A stretch of DNA of 35,879 bases, from the IMG/VR virus record IMGVR_UViG_3300020426_000002, positions 1 through 35,879 of that record; one strand, written 5' to 3'. The stretch comes from a virus. Numbering within the stretch: the stretch's first letter is position 1; each line of letters starts with the position of its first letter. A program made the position numbers and the translations under genes. Of this stretch, positions 6,408-15,531 are shown piece by piece. Below the pieces are notes generated by a model. The model saw only the letters and a program-made list of their open reading frames with translations. It was not told the origin of the DNA and searched no databases.

Positions 6408-6833
6408 ATGGATAGTAAAATCCTGCAAACTGAATCTCTTGTTGAAAGGGAAAAAAGTTTAAAAGAAGTGTGCGTAAAAGCTGTAGAGTGGACGTACCCT
6501 AAGAATCTTAGTGAAGATGAACTTTCAAACCTTAAAGATGATCTCACTAAAGATTCTGTAGATCTCGCAAAGCTCGAAGAAGCTAGAAAAGAATTTTTAA
6601 CCGGCCACAAAGCAAAAGTAAAACCATTAAAGGTGAATGTGGCAACTACGCTAAATAAGCTACGTAGCCGTGTAGAAGAAGTTACCGAAGAAGTTTATAT
6701 GATCGATGATCAGGACGATGGTATGATGGGATATTATAACTCTCGTGGCGAATTGGTACACCAACGTAGGCTAAACCCTGAAGAACGGCAATTTAGTATT
6801 GTAGATCGAAGCAAATTAAACGGAACCAATTAA
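6408..6833 (+). CDS. Hypothetical coiled-coil protein
   Basis: 141 aa with a charged helical N-terminal half. In the early operon. Confidence 0.6.
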   Translation: MDSKILQTESLVEREKSLKEVCVKAVEWTYPKNLSEDELSNLKDDLTKDSVDLAKLEEARKEFLTGHKAKVKPLKVNVATTLNKLRSRVEEVTEEVYMIDDQDDGMMGYYNSRGELVHQRRLNPEERQFSIVDRSKLNGTN

Positions 6834-6844
6834 TAATTATAACA

Positions 6845-7606
6845 ATGGATAAAGTAAACTTACAAGTAAGTGAAAAAACGCAGGAGTTAATTGTACGCAC
6901 CGGAACTGCGGAACCAGTAGCTGAATTTAGAAAAGGGATTGAAATTAATGGTACACTATCAGTACCAAGAATTCATTTAGAAAATCCGCCAAAGTGGTTG
7001 ACGAATAAAAGTATTATTAGTGCTTCGATAAGTGAAGAAACTAATGCCGATAGTGTTTTAAGTTTTTCCTATCTAAAAGTAAACCGAGAAAACGGAACGA
7101 TTCTTTTTGTTGAAGATGCTGGGAACCAGTGGCAAAATAAATACCAGGGCAAATTGGAATTGCACCCCGACTTTGAAAAATTTGGGATTAACACTGGTAA
7201 ATCGTACACCACTTTTGAGCTTGCTTCAATTATCAAAATGAATAGAACCTTATTCGAGACTAAAGATAAGGCTATGATTCTGGTAAAAATATTACGGAAT
7301 TTTAAAGGTAAAGTCGATAAAGATTTAGAGAATGCAGATGATGGTCGTGGTAATCGTAAAATTTTGATTAACCAGATTGTAGAAAGCAATATTCCTGAAA
7401 GTTTTAATCTTCATCTACCCATTTTTAAAGGTTACGAGAAGCAAACTATTGAAATTGAAATCGAAATCGATGCCAATGATATGAGTTGCAGACTTATTTC
7501 TCCTGAAGCAAACGATTATGTAAGTGAAACTAAAGATGCGCTTATTGATGCTGAAATTGAGCAAATAAGAAGCCTTTTTTCAGCGCTTAGAATTTTTGAA
7601 GTATAG
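6845..7606 (+). CDS. Hypothetical protein (recombination/replication-associated by position only)
   Basis: 253 aa with no recognisable motif. Confidence 0.6.
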   Translation: MDKVNLQVSEKTQELIVRTGTAEPVAEFRKGIEINGTLSVPRIHLENPPKWLTNKSIISASISEETNADSVLSFSYLKVNRENGTILFVEDAGNQWQNKYQGKLELHPDFEKFGINTGKSYTTFELASIIKMNRTLFETKDKAMILVKILRNFKGKVDKDLENADDGRGNRKILINQIVESNIPESFNLHLPIFKGYEKQTIEIEIEIDANDMSCRLISPEANDYVSETKDALIDAEIEQIRSLFSALRIFEV

Positions 7607-7609
7607 GTT

Positions 7610-8047
7610 ATGGAAGTAACATTCGATTTAGAAAGCAATCCAGATGTAGGTTTTTATGCTTTGTACGCTGGTTTGAAAATGTTCAGTGATAAAAAAGCTG
7701 AAGAAACAAAGGGAACTGATAAAATGAACGTGGCAGGCGCTGAAGCGTATGCAATGCTTCAAGATCTTAAAGAGCAATTTCCAGAGAAGTTTAATGAAGC
7801 ACAAGAAGCATATATAAGATCTCAAGTTGATAAATGGCTTCTAACTGAAGATAAACTTTTAAAGGTTTTACGTGTTCAGTCAAATCTTAATCCAAATGAT
7901 TTCAGAGAATTGTTTGGTGATCGTGGTGATCATTTGTTTCAATTATTCGCCAGGGATAGTTGGAACTTAATTTCATTTCTATTCAACAAAGTGAATGGAG
8001 AAGAAAGAGAAAAGCTTATTGCATTTGTGAATAGCAAAATTGACTAG
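7610..8047 (+). CDS. Hypothetical acidic protein
   Basis: 145 aa. Confidence 0.6.
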   Translation: MEVTFDLESNPDVGFYALYAGLKMFSDKKAEETKGTDKMNVAGAEAYAMLQDLKEQFPEKFNEAQEAYIRSQVDKWLLTEDKLLKVLRVQSNLNPNDFRELFGDRGDHLFQLFARDSWNLISFLFNKVNGEEREKLIAFVNSKID

Positions 8048-8049
8048 TT

Positions 8050-8598
8050 ATGACACTATCATATAAAACACACTGGCCTCAATCTATGGGGCCAGAATAT
8101 TCGGGTAAACCAAATCACTTTGTTGAAAAGATATTATCCGGAATTAGCACAAAGCCAGGAATTGCTGGATGGATTTATGAATCAGGTGAAAAATTAGGAT
8201 ATGCGTATGCAGACGATATTTTAAATAAAGTAGATAATAGTATTCCAAAACTTCACACCATGCGCCACGATGCTAAAGATCGCTGGAAAGTTGGAATGAA
8301 AATTCACCCGGTAATTAATAACCGTACTAAAAATCGATTTCAGTTCGCGCCTGTTTTGGAAGTTAAAAGTATTCAGAAGGTTGAAATTGAACATTTCGAA
8401 GGGATGGTTCAGATACATATTGATGAAAAATATTTTGGTGAAGTTTACCATTATGGTTTAGATGATATATATCAGTTCACAACAGATTTAGAAACCTTAG
8501 CACTTAACGATGGTTTTCCGTCTGTAGAAGCATTCTTTGCGTGGTTTAATACCGATTTTACAGGTAAGATTATTCACTGGACAGATTTAAAATATTAA
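8050..8598 (+). CDS. Hypothetical protein
   Basis: 182 aa. The KLHTMRHDAKDRWKVGMKIHP pattern could indicate an ASCH/PUA-like fold, but this is unverified. Confidence 0.6.
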   Translation: MTLSYKTHWPQSMGPEYSGKPNHFVEKILSGISTKPGIAGWIYESGEKLGYAYADDILNKVDNSIPKLHTMRHDAKDRWKVGMKIHPVINNRTKNRFQFAPVLEVKSIQKVEIEHFEGMVQIHIDEKYFGEVYHYGLDDIYQFTTDLETLALNDGFPSVEAFFAWFNTDFTGKIIHWTDLKY

Positions 8599-9413
8599 TG
8601 GAATACTTTGTACCCATACATCAAGAACAGTGTAAAAAGCACGGTTTAAACGTTAATGAAGCTGCATTAATGTATTTGCTTACGCAGCTATCTAGCTGGG
8701 CAAATGATAAGCAAATTAATGGTAAGACCTATTATCATATTTCTCGCACAAAAGTGATCGAAGAAATTCCGCTTTTTTATAGTAAACCAGATACCGTTTA
8801 TCGTGCTTTTAAAAAACTTTCTGAAAAGAAATTGATTGATTATCAAAAGGAAAAAAGTTGCGATTTTGTATGCTTAACTGCGATTGGAAAACGATGGAAT
8901 AAAGTCGGAAATAGATCCGAAAAACAGTCGGAAATAGATCCGAGTTCGGAAATAGATCCGAGTAAATTCGGAAATAGATCCGAAAATCAAAACAGTGGTT
9001 CAAGTGCCGTAAATGCTGAAAAGTTAGGTTCAAACTCGGATTCATATCCGACATATCATAATCATAATACCAATAATCACTCTCTTAAAGAAGAAAAAGC
9101 GGTTTTTGAAATTATAAAAAATGAAAATCCTTTAGCCTTTGAAACGATCTTTAATAACTCAGGATTTCAGCATCAATTAAGCATCACTTTAAAATCTGAA
9201 AATCTTCCTTCAGATTTTCAAAAAGATGTTACCCCAATTTTAGAGAAGTGGATAAAAACAAGTTATGCAGCGGGTAATCTAAACGGCCCAACTTCTAAAC
9301 TTAGGCAAATGGCTTCAAGCTACGTAACCACTGTTTTAAAAAATGGCGGATTGAAGGAAAAGCAAGAGGACCAAAAAGAAGTTAAACCAGCTTACTTAAG
9401 AAAAATTAGCTAA
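8598..9413 (+). CDS. Replication initiator / replisome organiser (N-terminal winged helix) carrying the putative origin iterons
   Basis: 271 aa, immediately upstream of DnaB (TAATG overlap with the upstream gene). The wHTH-like N-terminus is LNVNEAALMYLLTQLSSWAN...YRAFKKLSEKKLIDYQK. Iterons lie inside the gene, as with lambda O. Confidence 0.6.
   Translation: MEYFVPIHQEQCKKHGLNVNEAALMYLLTQLSSWANDKQINGKTYYHISRTKVIEEIPLFYSKPDTVYRAFKKLSEKKLIDYQKEKSCDFVCLTAIGKRWNKVGNRSEKQSEIDPSSEIDPSKFGNRSENQNSGSSAVNAEKLGSNSDSYPTYHNHNTNNHSLKEEKAVFEIIKNENPLAFETIFNNSGFQHQLSITLKSENLPSDFQKDVTPILEKWIKTSYAAGNLNGPTSKLRQMASSYVTTVLKNGGLKEKQEDQKEVKPAYLRKIS
8905..9051 (+). repeat. Origin-like iteron array: 4 x TCGGAAATAGATCCGA plus 1 x TCGGATTCATATCCGA
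   Basis: Exact 16-mers at 8905-8920, 8928-8943, 8946-8961 and 8968-8983, plus a variant at 9036-9051. Each unit is itself TCGGA-N6-TCCGA (an inverted repeat). Confidence 0.7.
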
Positions 9414-9415
9414 CC

Positions 9416-10861
9416 ATGTCAGAAAAAGCATTAGTACCACCTCAGGCATTAGATTTAGAAGAAATTGTTCTAGGCGCAATGCTCGTAGATGAAAAAGGTG
9501 TATTAGAGGCCATGCCACTACTAAAAACTGATACGATGTTTTATAAACCAGAACATCAGGCAGTTTTTAATGCTATAGATTCTTTAAACAGTAAAAATGA
9601 AGCGATTGATTTAAGAACAGTATCGCAGGAACTTAAAAAACTTGGATTGTATGAAAAATCGGGCGGTGACTATGCGCTAGTAACATTAACTCAAAAAGTT
9701 TCTTCATCTGCTCACATAGAGCATCACTGTAGAATTTTACAGCAATATTGGATTAAGCGAGAACTAATAAAAAAATATCAAAGATTAGTTAGGGATGCTT
9801 ATAACGATGAAGTTGATGTATTTGATTTACTTAACGAAGATTCTTTGATTAATGATAATATTTCTGAAATCATTAGCGATGGAGCGAATGAAGAAAGCTA
9901 CTCTCAAACCTTAGATAAAGTTGGTGATCGAATTGGGCTGTTAAGTTCTCAGGGAGAAAACGAGTTTACTGGTGTGCCTACAGGATTTGCTAAGATCAAT
10001 AAGTTTACTGGTGGTTGGCAACCGGGTAATTTAGTAATAATTGCTGCTCGTCCTGGAATGGGTAAAACAGCATTGGCTTTGAAAAATGTAGTTGAATGTG
10101 GTTTAGCTAATATTCCATGCGGTTTCTTTTCTCTTGAAATGAGTAGAATGGAATTATCAGCAAGAACTGTAGCTATAAATTCTAACTTTCATTTGGCGCA
10201 GATCATAAGGGATGGTTTTAAGAAAGATAAATACTTCGAGCGGTTTAATCATCTAAAATCTGAAATGAAAAAGTTTCCTATTCACATTGATGATCGCCCA
10301 GGATTGGATATTAGAGATATAATTAATAAAGCGAGGATTTGGAAACGTAAACACGGTATTAAAATTCTATTTGTTGATTATCTGCAATTAGTGAATGACC
10401 GCACAAAAGGTAATAATCGTGAGCAGGAAATGGCATCGGTTAGTAGAAACTTAAAAGGATTAGCAAAAGAACTTGATCTTCCTGTTATCGCTTTGTCTCA
10501 GTTGTCTCGTGCCGTTGAAACACGTGGCGGTAGCAAACGTCCTAAGTTAAGTGATATTCGTGAAAGCGGTGCAATCGAACAAGATGCAAATATTGTAGCT
10601 TTTATTTACCGTGAACATTACTACGATCCAGATGCAGAGCTTCCAGATTATTTAACCAGTATTGGTGCTAATGCTGAATTTAGTTTTGCTAAATACAGGG
10701 ATGGAAGTTTAGAAACTAAAGGTTTGTATTTCGATGCAAACAAAGTGAAGTACATGGACCCTGAAGAATTGAATAATGAATTTGTAGAAAGTGATTCAGG
10801 TTTCAGTACAGCTGAACTACCTAAGCCAGATCCTAATAACCCAGATGATAATCCATTTTAA
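9416..10861 (+). CDS. dnaB: Replicative DNA helicase, DnaB family
   Basis: 481 aa. N-terminus is PPQALDLEEIVLGAML, Walker A is ARPGMGKTALAL, Walker B is ILFVDYLQL. The SQLSRAVE...RPKLSDIRESGAIEQDAN motifs are present. Confidence 0.93.
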   Translation: MSEKALVPPQALDLEEIVLGAMLVDEKGVLEAMPLLKTDTMFYKPEHQAVFNAIDSLNSKNEAIDLRTVSQELKKLGLYEKSGGDYALVTLTQKVSSSAHIEHHCRILQQYWIKRELIKKYQRLVRDAYNDEVDVFDLLNEDSLINDNISEIISDGANEESYSQTLDKVGDRIGLLSSQGENEFTGVPTGFAKINKFTGGWQPGNLVIIAARPGMGKTALALKNVVECGLANIPCGFFSLEMSRMELSARTVAINSNFHLAQIIRDGFKKDKYFERFNHLKSEMKKFPIHIDDRPGLDIRDIINKARIWKRKHGIKILFVDYLQLVNDRTKGNNREQEMASVSRNLKGLAKELDLPVIALSQLSRAVETRGGSKRPKLSDIRESGAIEQDANIVAFIYREHYYDPDAELPDYLTSIGANAEFSFAKYRDGSLETKGLYFDANKVKYMDPEELNNEFVESDSGFSTAELPKPDPNNPDDNPF

Positions 10862-10863
10862 TT

Positions 10864-11205
10864 ATGCCATACAGTAGAAAGCCAAAGAAGAAACCGTGGG
10901 TGCAAGAGCGAAAGCCTTTTTATAGAGCGCATAACAATAGTTGGTTTTATAATGATTATCGCTGGCGCAAGTTCACTAAAAGATATAAGCAACGTCACCC
11001 GCTTTGTAAAGATTGTAAAGAAAACAATCGAGTAACTGAAACTAAGGTTGTCGATCACAAAGTACAGTACAAGAAAGGCGCGCCCGGTTGGGATCTCGAT
11101 AACCTTAAGGATGAAGACTTTAATCCGATGTGTGCATCATGTCACAATAGTAAATCGAGCTATGAGGGAAAAGGAATGATAAAATTGAATAAAAATAGAA
11201 AATGA
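10864..11205 (+). CDS. HNH endonuclease (packaging-associated)
   Basis: CKDC...VDHKV...NPMCASCHNSK forms an HNH/zinc-finger pattern. The gene sits directly upstream of TerS/TerL, as in HK97-like cos phages. Confidence 0.8.
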   Translation: MPYSRKPKKKPWVQERKPFYRAHNNSWFYNDYRWRKFTKRYKQRHPLCKDCKENNRVTETKVVDHKVQYKKGAPGWDLDNLKDEDFNPMCASCHNSKSSYEGKGMIKLNKNRK

Positions 11206-11240
11206 AGGGGATACGGGTAAAAACACCTGGAAAGGAAAAA

Positions 11241-11302
11241 GACGATTAATCGTCATCCAGTCGATATTTTACTCGGTCTAATTTTTTGAGGGGGGGGTCT
11301 AA
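11241..11302. other. Candidate cos / terminase recognition region
   Basis: Contains the perfect 14-bp palindrome GACGATTAATCGTC (11241-11254), the direct repeats GGTCTAA (11275-11281 and 11296-11302) and a T6-GA-G8 tract (G run at 11290-11297). It lies between the HNH and TerS genes. Confidence 0.4.
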
Positions 11303-11306
11303 ACAA

Positions 11307-11750
11307 ATGATTATGATGGAAGTAGCACACAAAGGTAAAAGCAGTGATTTACTTAAGGAAATTCCTAAAGCTCCCGCGTATTTAGATACGAAAGCAAAAT
11401 CACATTTTAAAAAAATTGCAAAGTTGCTGATTGCGAGTGATTCCCTAAAAAGAATTCATGTTCCAGCGTTGGAAGTTTTAGCAGAAAACTTTTCGCAATG
11501 GGAATGGGCTGTTCGAGAAATGCGAAAAAAGAACAAAGAAAAATTAGGATCTGGCTATATCCAAAAGTTTAACAGCGGAGCAGAAAACATATCTGTTTAT
11601 CTCACCATTAAGCGGGATGCAGAAAAAGCCATTATGCAATGCTTTAAACAATTTGGTCTAGATCCTAAATCTGAAAAAGAACTAAAACGAGAAATTAATC
11701 CCGATCAGGGCGATTTATTTGAAGGATTTAAAAATCGAAAACAAGGGTAA
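11307..11750 (+). CDS. terS: Terminase small subunit (P27-like family)
   Basis: The first ATG is at 11307; the track start at 11286 is a TTG running through the G8 tract. PAYLDTKAKSHFKKIAKLLIASDSLKRIHVPALEVLAENFSQWEWA resembles P27-family TerS. Located upstream of TerL. Confidence 0.7.
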   Translation: MIMMEVAHKGKSSDLLKEIPKAPAYLDTKAKSHFKKIAKLLIASDSLKRIHVPALEVLAENFSQWEWAVREMRKKNKEKLGSGYIQKFNSGAENISVYLTIKRDAEKAIMQCFKQFGLDPKSEKELKREINPDQGDLFEGFKNRKQG

Positions 11751-11751
11751 A

Positions 11752-11946
11752 ATGGAGATTTCAGAATTAATAGAGTTTATTGAGCAACTTCCAAATAGAA
11801 AAGGAACTATTAGTATCTCAGAAGTAGAAGTTTCTGTTCAATTTTTAACGGATCATATTCCTAGAGAAATCTTGAAAAAAATCATTGAGGTGGTTCCTAA
11901 TGATTTTTACGTAATGGATGGAAAAATATATTTCAGTAGAAAATAA
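11752..11946 (+). CDS. Hypothetical small protein between TerS and TerL
   Basis: ATG at 11752, directly after the TerS stop (the track start at 11719 is a TTG). 64 aa. Confidence 0.5.
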   Translation: MEISELIEFIEQLPNRKGTISISEVEVSVQFLTDHIPREILKKIIEVVPNDFYVMDGKIYFSRK

Positions 11947-13722
11947 ATGAAACTCACCAAAGAAATACAAGACAGCATTCCGTTTCAGTACGCTAACGAT
12001 GTACGATCAGGAAAAATCACTACCGGAAAATATATAAAATTAGCCGTAGATCGATTTTTTCAATGGATAGATTCCGCAGAAAAAGACGGGTACCATATCG
12101 ATCACAATTCCGGGATGCACGTTATAGAATTCTTTGAGTTTTTTTTAAAGCACACCAAAGGACCACTGGCAAACGAGCCGGTAATATTAAGTCCTTACCA
12201 ACAATTTACGTTCTACAATATTTTTGCCTGGAAAGACGAAAACGGAAACCGTAGGATTAACCACGTTTACGAAAAAGTAGCGCGTAAAAACGGAAAAACC
12301 GCAGGATTAGCAGGTTTAGGATTATACTGCCAAAGTTTTGACGATGAAGAAGGTGCCGAAATTTATGCAGCTGCAACAAAAGAAATGCAAGCAAAAGTAT
12401 GCTGGGAGCAGGCACACGATTTTGTGTTTAAAGGCATAGGATTACGAAAAATAGGTTTCAAAAACACACAACGAGAAATCCGTTTCGAGCATCGCGAACG
12501 TAACGGAAATGTAAGAAAAGGAAATTTCCGTTTTTTAGGAGGTGACAGTAAAACGCAGGACGGCCTAAACCCTTCACTCGCTATTATCGACGAGTACCAC
12601 GCTCATAAAGACGATGGAGTAAAAGAAGTGCTAGAATCTGCGATGGGTGCGCGGCAAAATCCTATTACTTACGTGATTACTACCGCAGGATTTAACACAA
12701 CCTCAGTTTGTAAAGCAGCTGAAGATGTGTATAAAGATATTCTCGACGGTCATAAAATCGATAATCACACTTTTATAATGATCCACGATCTGGATGAAGG
12801 TGACGATTGGGAAGATCCGGCCAATTGGGTAAAAGCAAATCCTAACTTAAATGTTTCAGTTTCCATGAAATATTTAAAGCGCGAATACACCAAAGCCATA
12901 AATCAACCCTCTAAAATCCCTAATTTCAAGACCAAACATCTAAATATGTGGGTAGATGCGGCCGAAACTCGTATCGAAGACCATATCTGGATGAAAAGCG
13001 ACAAAAAAATAAAGCTCGCTAATTTCATTAAAAATGGTTGTGCCGGGGCTTTAGATATGTCGAGTACAACCGACCTTTCCAGTCTTGGATTAGTGAGTAA
13101 TCCAGATGAAAACGGAATTATCGATATTCTTCCACTCTTATTTTGCCCTTCAGATACCATCGATAAGCGAAGCAAAGAAGATAAAGTGCCTTATCGTTTT
13201 TGGAAGGATTTAAAACTTAAGGACTACATCGATTTTGAAGGGACGGATTTTTCAGAAGATAATTTCTGGGAAAAATTACCTGTGTTAATCGCTACGCATG
13301 GAAACCAGATTGATTATGCAACAATTGAAGATTATCTGCAAAAATTAGAAGCGATTTTTCTACCTAAATGGTGGGAGTATGACCGTTGGAGTGCTACACA
13401 ACTGGTGCAAAACATGACCGAAAAAGAAATCGAAATGCATCCTTTTTCGCAAACCATTAGTCATTTTTCTGAACCTACAAAGCAATTCGAAAAACACGCC
13501 TACGCAGCCGAATTTCGGCACGGTGGTCACCCTATTTTACGATGGATGATGAGCGGAGTGCAAGCCTATGAAGATCCAAACGAAAATATTCGATATGTAA
13601 AAAACAGAAGTACCAAACGTATCGACGGCATTATAATGACCATCATGGCATTAGCCGGAACCATTACACCAGAAGAAGATAATAACGAAAGCAAGTATAA
13701 CCACGAGGAATTTACATTATGA
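11947..13722 (+). CDS. terL: Terminase large subunit
   Basis: 591 aa. ATPase Walker A-like segment is VARKNGKTAGLAGLG and Walker B-like is LAIIDEYH. The C-terminal nuclease-type region contains RIDGIIM. Confidence 0.9.
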   Translation: MKLTKEIQDSIPFQYANDVRSGKITTGKYIKLAVDRFFQWIDSAEKDGYHIDHNSGMHVIEFFEFFLKHTKGPLANEPVILSPYQQFTFYNIFAWKDENGNRRINHVYEKVARKNGKTAGLAGLGLYCQSFDDEEGAEIYAAATKEMQAKVCWEQAHDFVFKGIGLRKIGFKNTQREIRFEHRERNGNVRKGNFRFLGGDSKTQDGLNPSLAIIDEYHAHKDDGVKEVLESAMGARQNPITYVITTAGFNTTSVCKAAEDVYKDILDGHKIDNHTFIMIHDLDEGDDWEDPANWVKANPNLNVSVSMKYLKREYTKAINQPSKIPNFKTKHLNMWVDAAETRIEDHIWMKSDKKIKLANFIKNGCAGALDMSSTTDLSSLGLVSNPDENGIIDILPLLFCPSDTIDKRSKEDKVPYRFWKDLKLKDYIDFEGTDFSEDNFWEKLPVLIATHGNQIDYATIEDYLQKLEAIFLPKWWEYDRWSATQLVQNMTEKEIEMHPFSQTISHFSEPTKQFEKHAYAAEFRHGGHPILRWMMSGVQAYEDPNENIRYVKNRSTKRIDGIIMTIMALAGTITPEEDNNESKYNHEEFTL

Positions 13723-13946
13723 AACGCTCACCGCAGGAAATCATGGCAGAAAATCAATTACTTAAAAAAATTGGTACTCGCACCGGTTTTATACAGTATT
13801 ACTTTTCGCAATTACCAAAATACAAAACTCAAAAAGAAACTTTCGAAGCGATAAACGAACAATATTTCGACCTATACGGCGAATATCGGTTTGAAAGTTA
13901 TAACAGTTTTCGAAATTCCTTATCACGAGAAATCACCAAAAAATGA
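13719..13946 (+). CDS. Hypothetical protein
   Basis: 75 aa, with an ATGA-type overlap with TerL. Confidence 0.55.
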   Translation: MKRSPQEIMAENQLLKKIGTRTGFIQYYFSQLPKYKTQKETFEAINEQYFDLYGEYRFESYNSFRNSLSREITKK

Positions 13947-14131
13947 AACAAACAATACAGCTTCTAATAGCCTTGCTTCTCACTTTTATAATACCAATGC
14001 TAACCAGTTGGTTGTTATCCTGGCAATGGATTAGCGAACAGTGGCCCAGATATACATTAACTGTCCTGTTGATGTTACTAGAATTCGCTTTAGGTCTTCT
14101 AATAATTAGAAGATTATTAAAACAAAATTAA
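13943..14131 (+). CDS. Small 2-TM membrane protein
   Basis: IQLLIALLLTFIIPMLTSWLL ... YTLTVLLMLLEFALGLLII. Confidence 0.5.
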   Translation: MKQTIQLLIALLLTFIIPMLTSWLLSWQWISEQWPRYTLTVLLMLLEFALGLLIIRRLLKQN

Positions 14132-14143
14132 AAAATAGAAATT

Positions 14144-15010
14144 ATGATTGTTGAAAGTTACTTTTCAGGCGGTGGTCTTTTTGATATAGGACTTACTGAA
14201 TCTGGTATTGAAATATCAGAATCTTACGAGATCGACAAAGATTGTTGCAAGGTTCAGCGCAAAAACTTTACTCATAAAGTTACGCGTTTAGATATAACAG
14301 AAAAATTAGTATTGGCTAAAAGAAAATCTGATGTAATGATATTTACATATCCTTGCACAAAGTACAGTACAATTGCTGATATACATAAAACACGGACCGG
14401 GGACGAATATTTTTTACATGCTTTCAGGCACATGGCAATTGGTTTACCTGAAGTTTTTGTTATAGAAAACGTTCCTGGTATGAGAGCATTCCCTATAGTA
14501 ATGGAAGCTATGACTAAATTACCAGGCTATTATGTTACTACATTTTGTCCTGTTAAAACTGAAAATTGGTTACCTCAAAAAAGAGATAGGTTAATAATTA
14601 TAGGTAGCAAGAAGTTATTCAATTGGCGTGAACCAGAAAAAAAACAAAGAATTAAATTAAAAGATATTATTGAAAAAGATCCGATAGTAACATTACCTAA
14701 AGCAATTGCTAATAGAATGAAAGGTATGTATCGAGATTTGCCTATAATATCAAATCCAGATAAGGATGATATTGCGCCTACGGCTGTAGCGCATTACGCC
14801 AAAGATAAATCTACCAGATTAGTTTATGATAAAAAATTCCCTTTAAAAGTTCGTCCTTATTCAGTTCGAGAATATGCAAGGCTTCAAGGTGTTCCAGATA
14901 GTTTTGAATTTAACTGCTCTCAAACATCGGCTTACAGAATGATTGGTAATGGTGTTTCTGTTCCGGTTGGCAGATGGGTTGGAAAAGAACTTAAAAGATA
15001 TTTCGAATGA
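14144..15010 (+). CDS. DNA (cytosine-5)-methyltransferase, apparently orphan
   Basis: Motif I is FSGGGLFDIG, motif IV is YPCTKYS (a PC dipeptide), motif VI is IENVPGM, motif VIII is QKRDRLIIIG, motif IX is REYARLQGVPDSF and motif X is IGNGVSVPV. No neighbouring ORF is large enough to be a restriction enzyme. Confidence 0.88.
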   Translation: MIVESYFSGGGLFDIGLTESGIEISESYEIDKDCCKVQRKNFTHKVTRLDITEKLVLAKRKSDVMIFTYPCTKYSTIADIHKTRTGDEYFLHAFRHMAIGLPEVFVIENVPGMRAFPIVMEAMTKLPGYYVTTFCPVKTENWLPQKRDRLIIIGSKKLFNWREPEKKQRIKLKDIIEKDPIVTLPKAIANRMKGMYRDLPIISNPDKDDIAPTAVAHYAKDKSTRLVYDKKFPLKVRPYSVREYARLQGVPDSFEFNCSQTSAYRMIGNGVSVPVGRWVGKELKRYFE

Positions 15011-15486
15011 AAAGCAAATCTCGCAGAATGACAGAAGCACAAAAGCAACACATTTTAGATCATTACCAATCTAAAAGTTATATGCAGATAGGTGCAGAAA
15101 TTGGTTTTACAGATACTGCGGTAATCAACTTTTTAAGGCGCAAAGGCTTATACGAGAAGAAAAAAGAAATCCGCAGAATGAGCCAGGAAGATATGCAGTT
15201 TATTATCGATAATCATAAATATCTATCCATACAAGAAATTGAAATCGCAATAGGATTTTCCTATCCTACAATTCGGAATTTTATTGATACTCAAATCCTA
15301 AAAAAGCGCAAACGAAAACGCAATTTGTATAAAAAACCACCAGTAATTATAAAAGGATCTAAAAACGATTTCTATACAAAATTGCTGCGGGCCGCCAAAA
15401 AGAAGAAATGCAAAAACGTCATGCAGGCTTTCGATAAATACGGTCGTAAAGAATTTATTAATCAAGTACGGCGTACAGGGATTTAA
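15007..15486 (+). CDS. Protein with two tandem HTH-like repeats and a basic tail, translationally coupled to the methyltransferase
   Basis: RRMTEAQKQHILDHYQSKSYMQIGAEIGFTDTAVINFLRRKG and RRMSQEDMQFIIDNHKYLSIQEIEIAIGFSYPTIRNFIDTQ form an internal duplication. ATGA overlap at 15007-15010. Confidence 0.6.
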   Translation: MKSKSRRMTEAQKQHILDHYQSKSYMQIGAEIGFTDTAVINFLRRKGLYEKKKEIRRMSQEDMQFIIDNHKYLSIQEIEIAIGFSYPTIRNFIDTQILKKRKRKRNLYKKPPVIIKGSKNDFYTKLLRAAKKKKCKNVMQAFDKYGRKEFINQVRRTGI

Positions 15487-15531
15487 TCCTCTCTTGTTAT
15501 ATTTTGTTTTAATTCGCTATAACCTACAGGT

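Noticed and set aside
8905-8983. A cluster of four identical 16-bp repeats that could superficially suggest a CRISPR array.
   Set aside because: The repeats are only 16 bp with 2-7 bp spacers. They lie inside a coding region next to dnaB, each is a small palindrome, and no cas genes are present. The pattern fits replication-origin iterons.
11290-11297. The G8 homopolymer, considered as a phase-variable switch for the terminase small subunit.
   Set aside because: The most plausible start is ATG 11307, downstream of the tract. The TTG-initiated ORF through the tract is probably an ORF-caller artefact. The position between HNH and TerS fits a cos or terminase-recognition element better.
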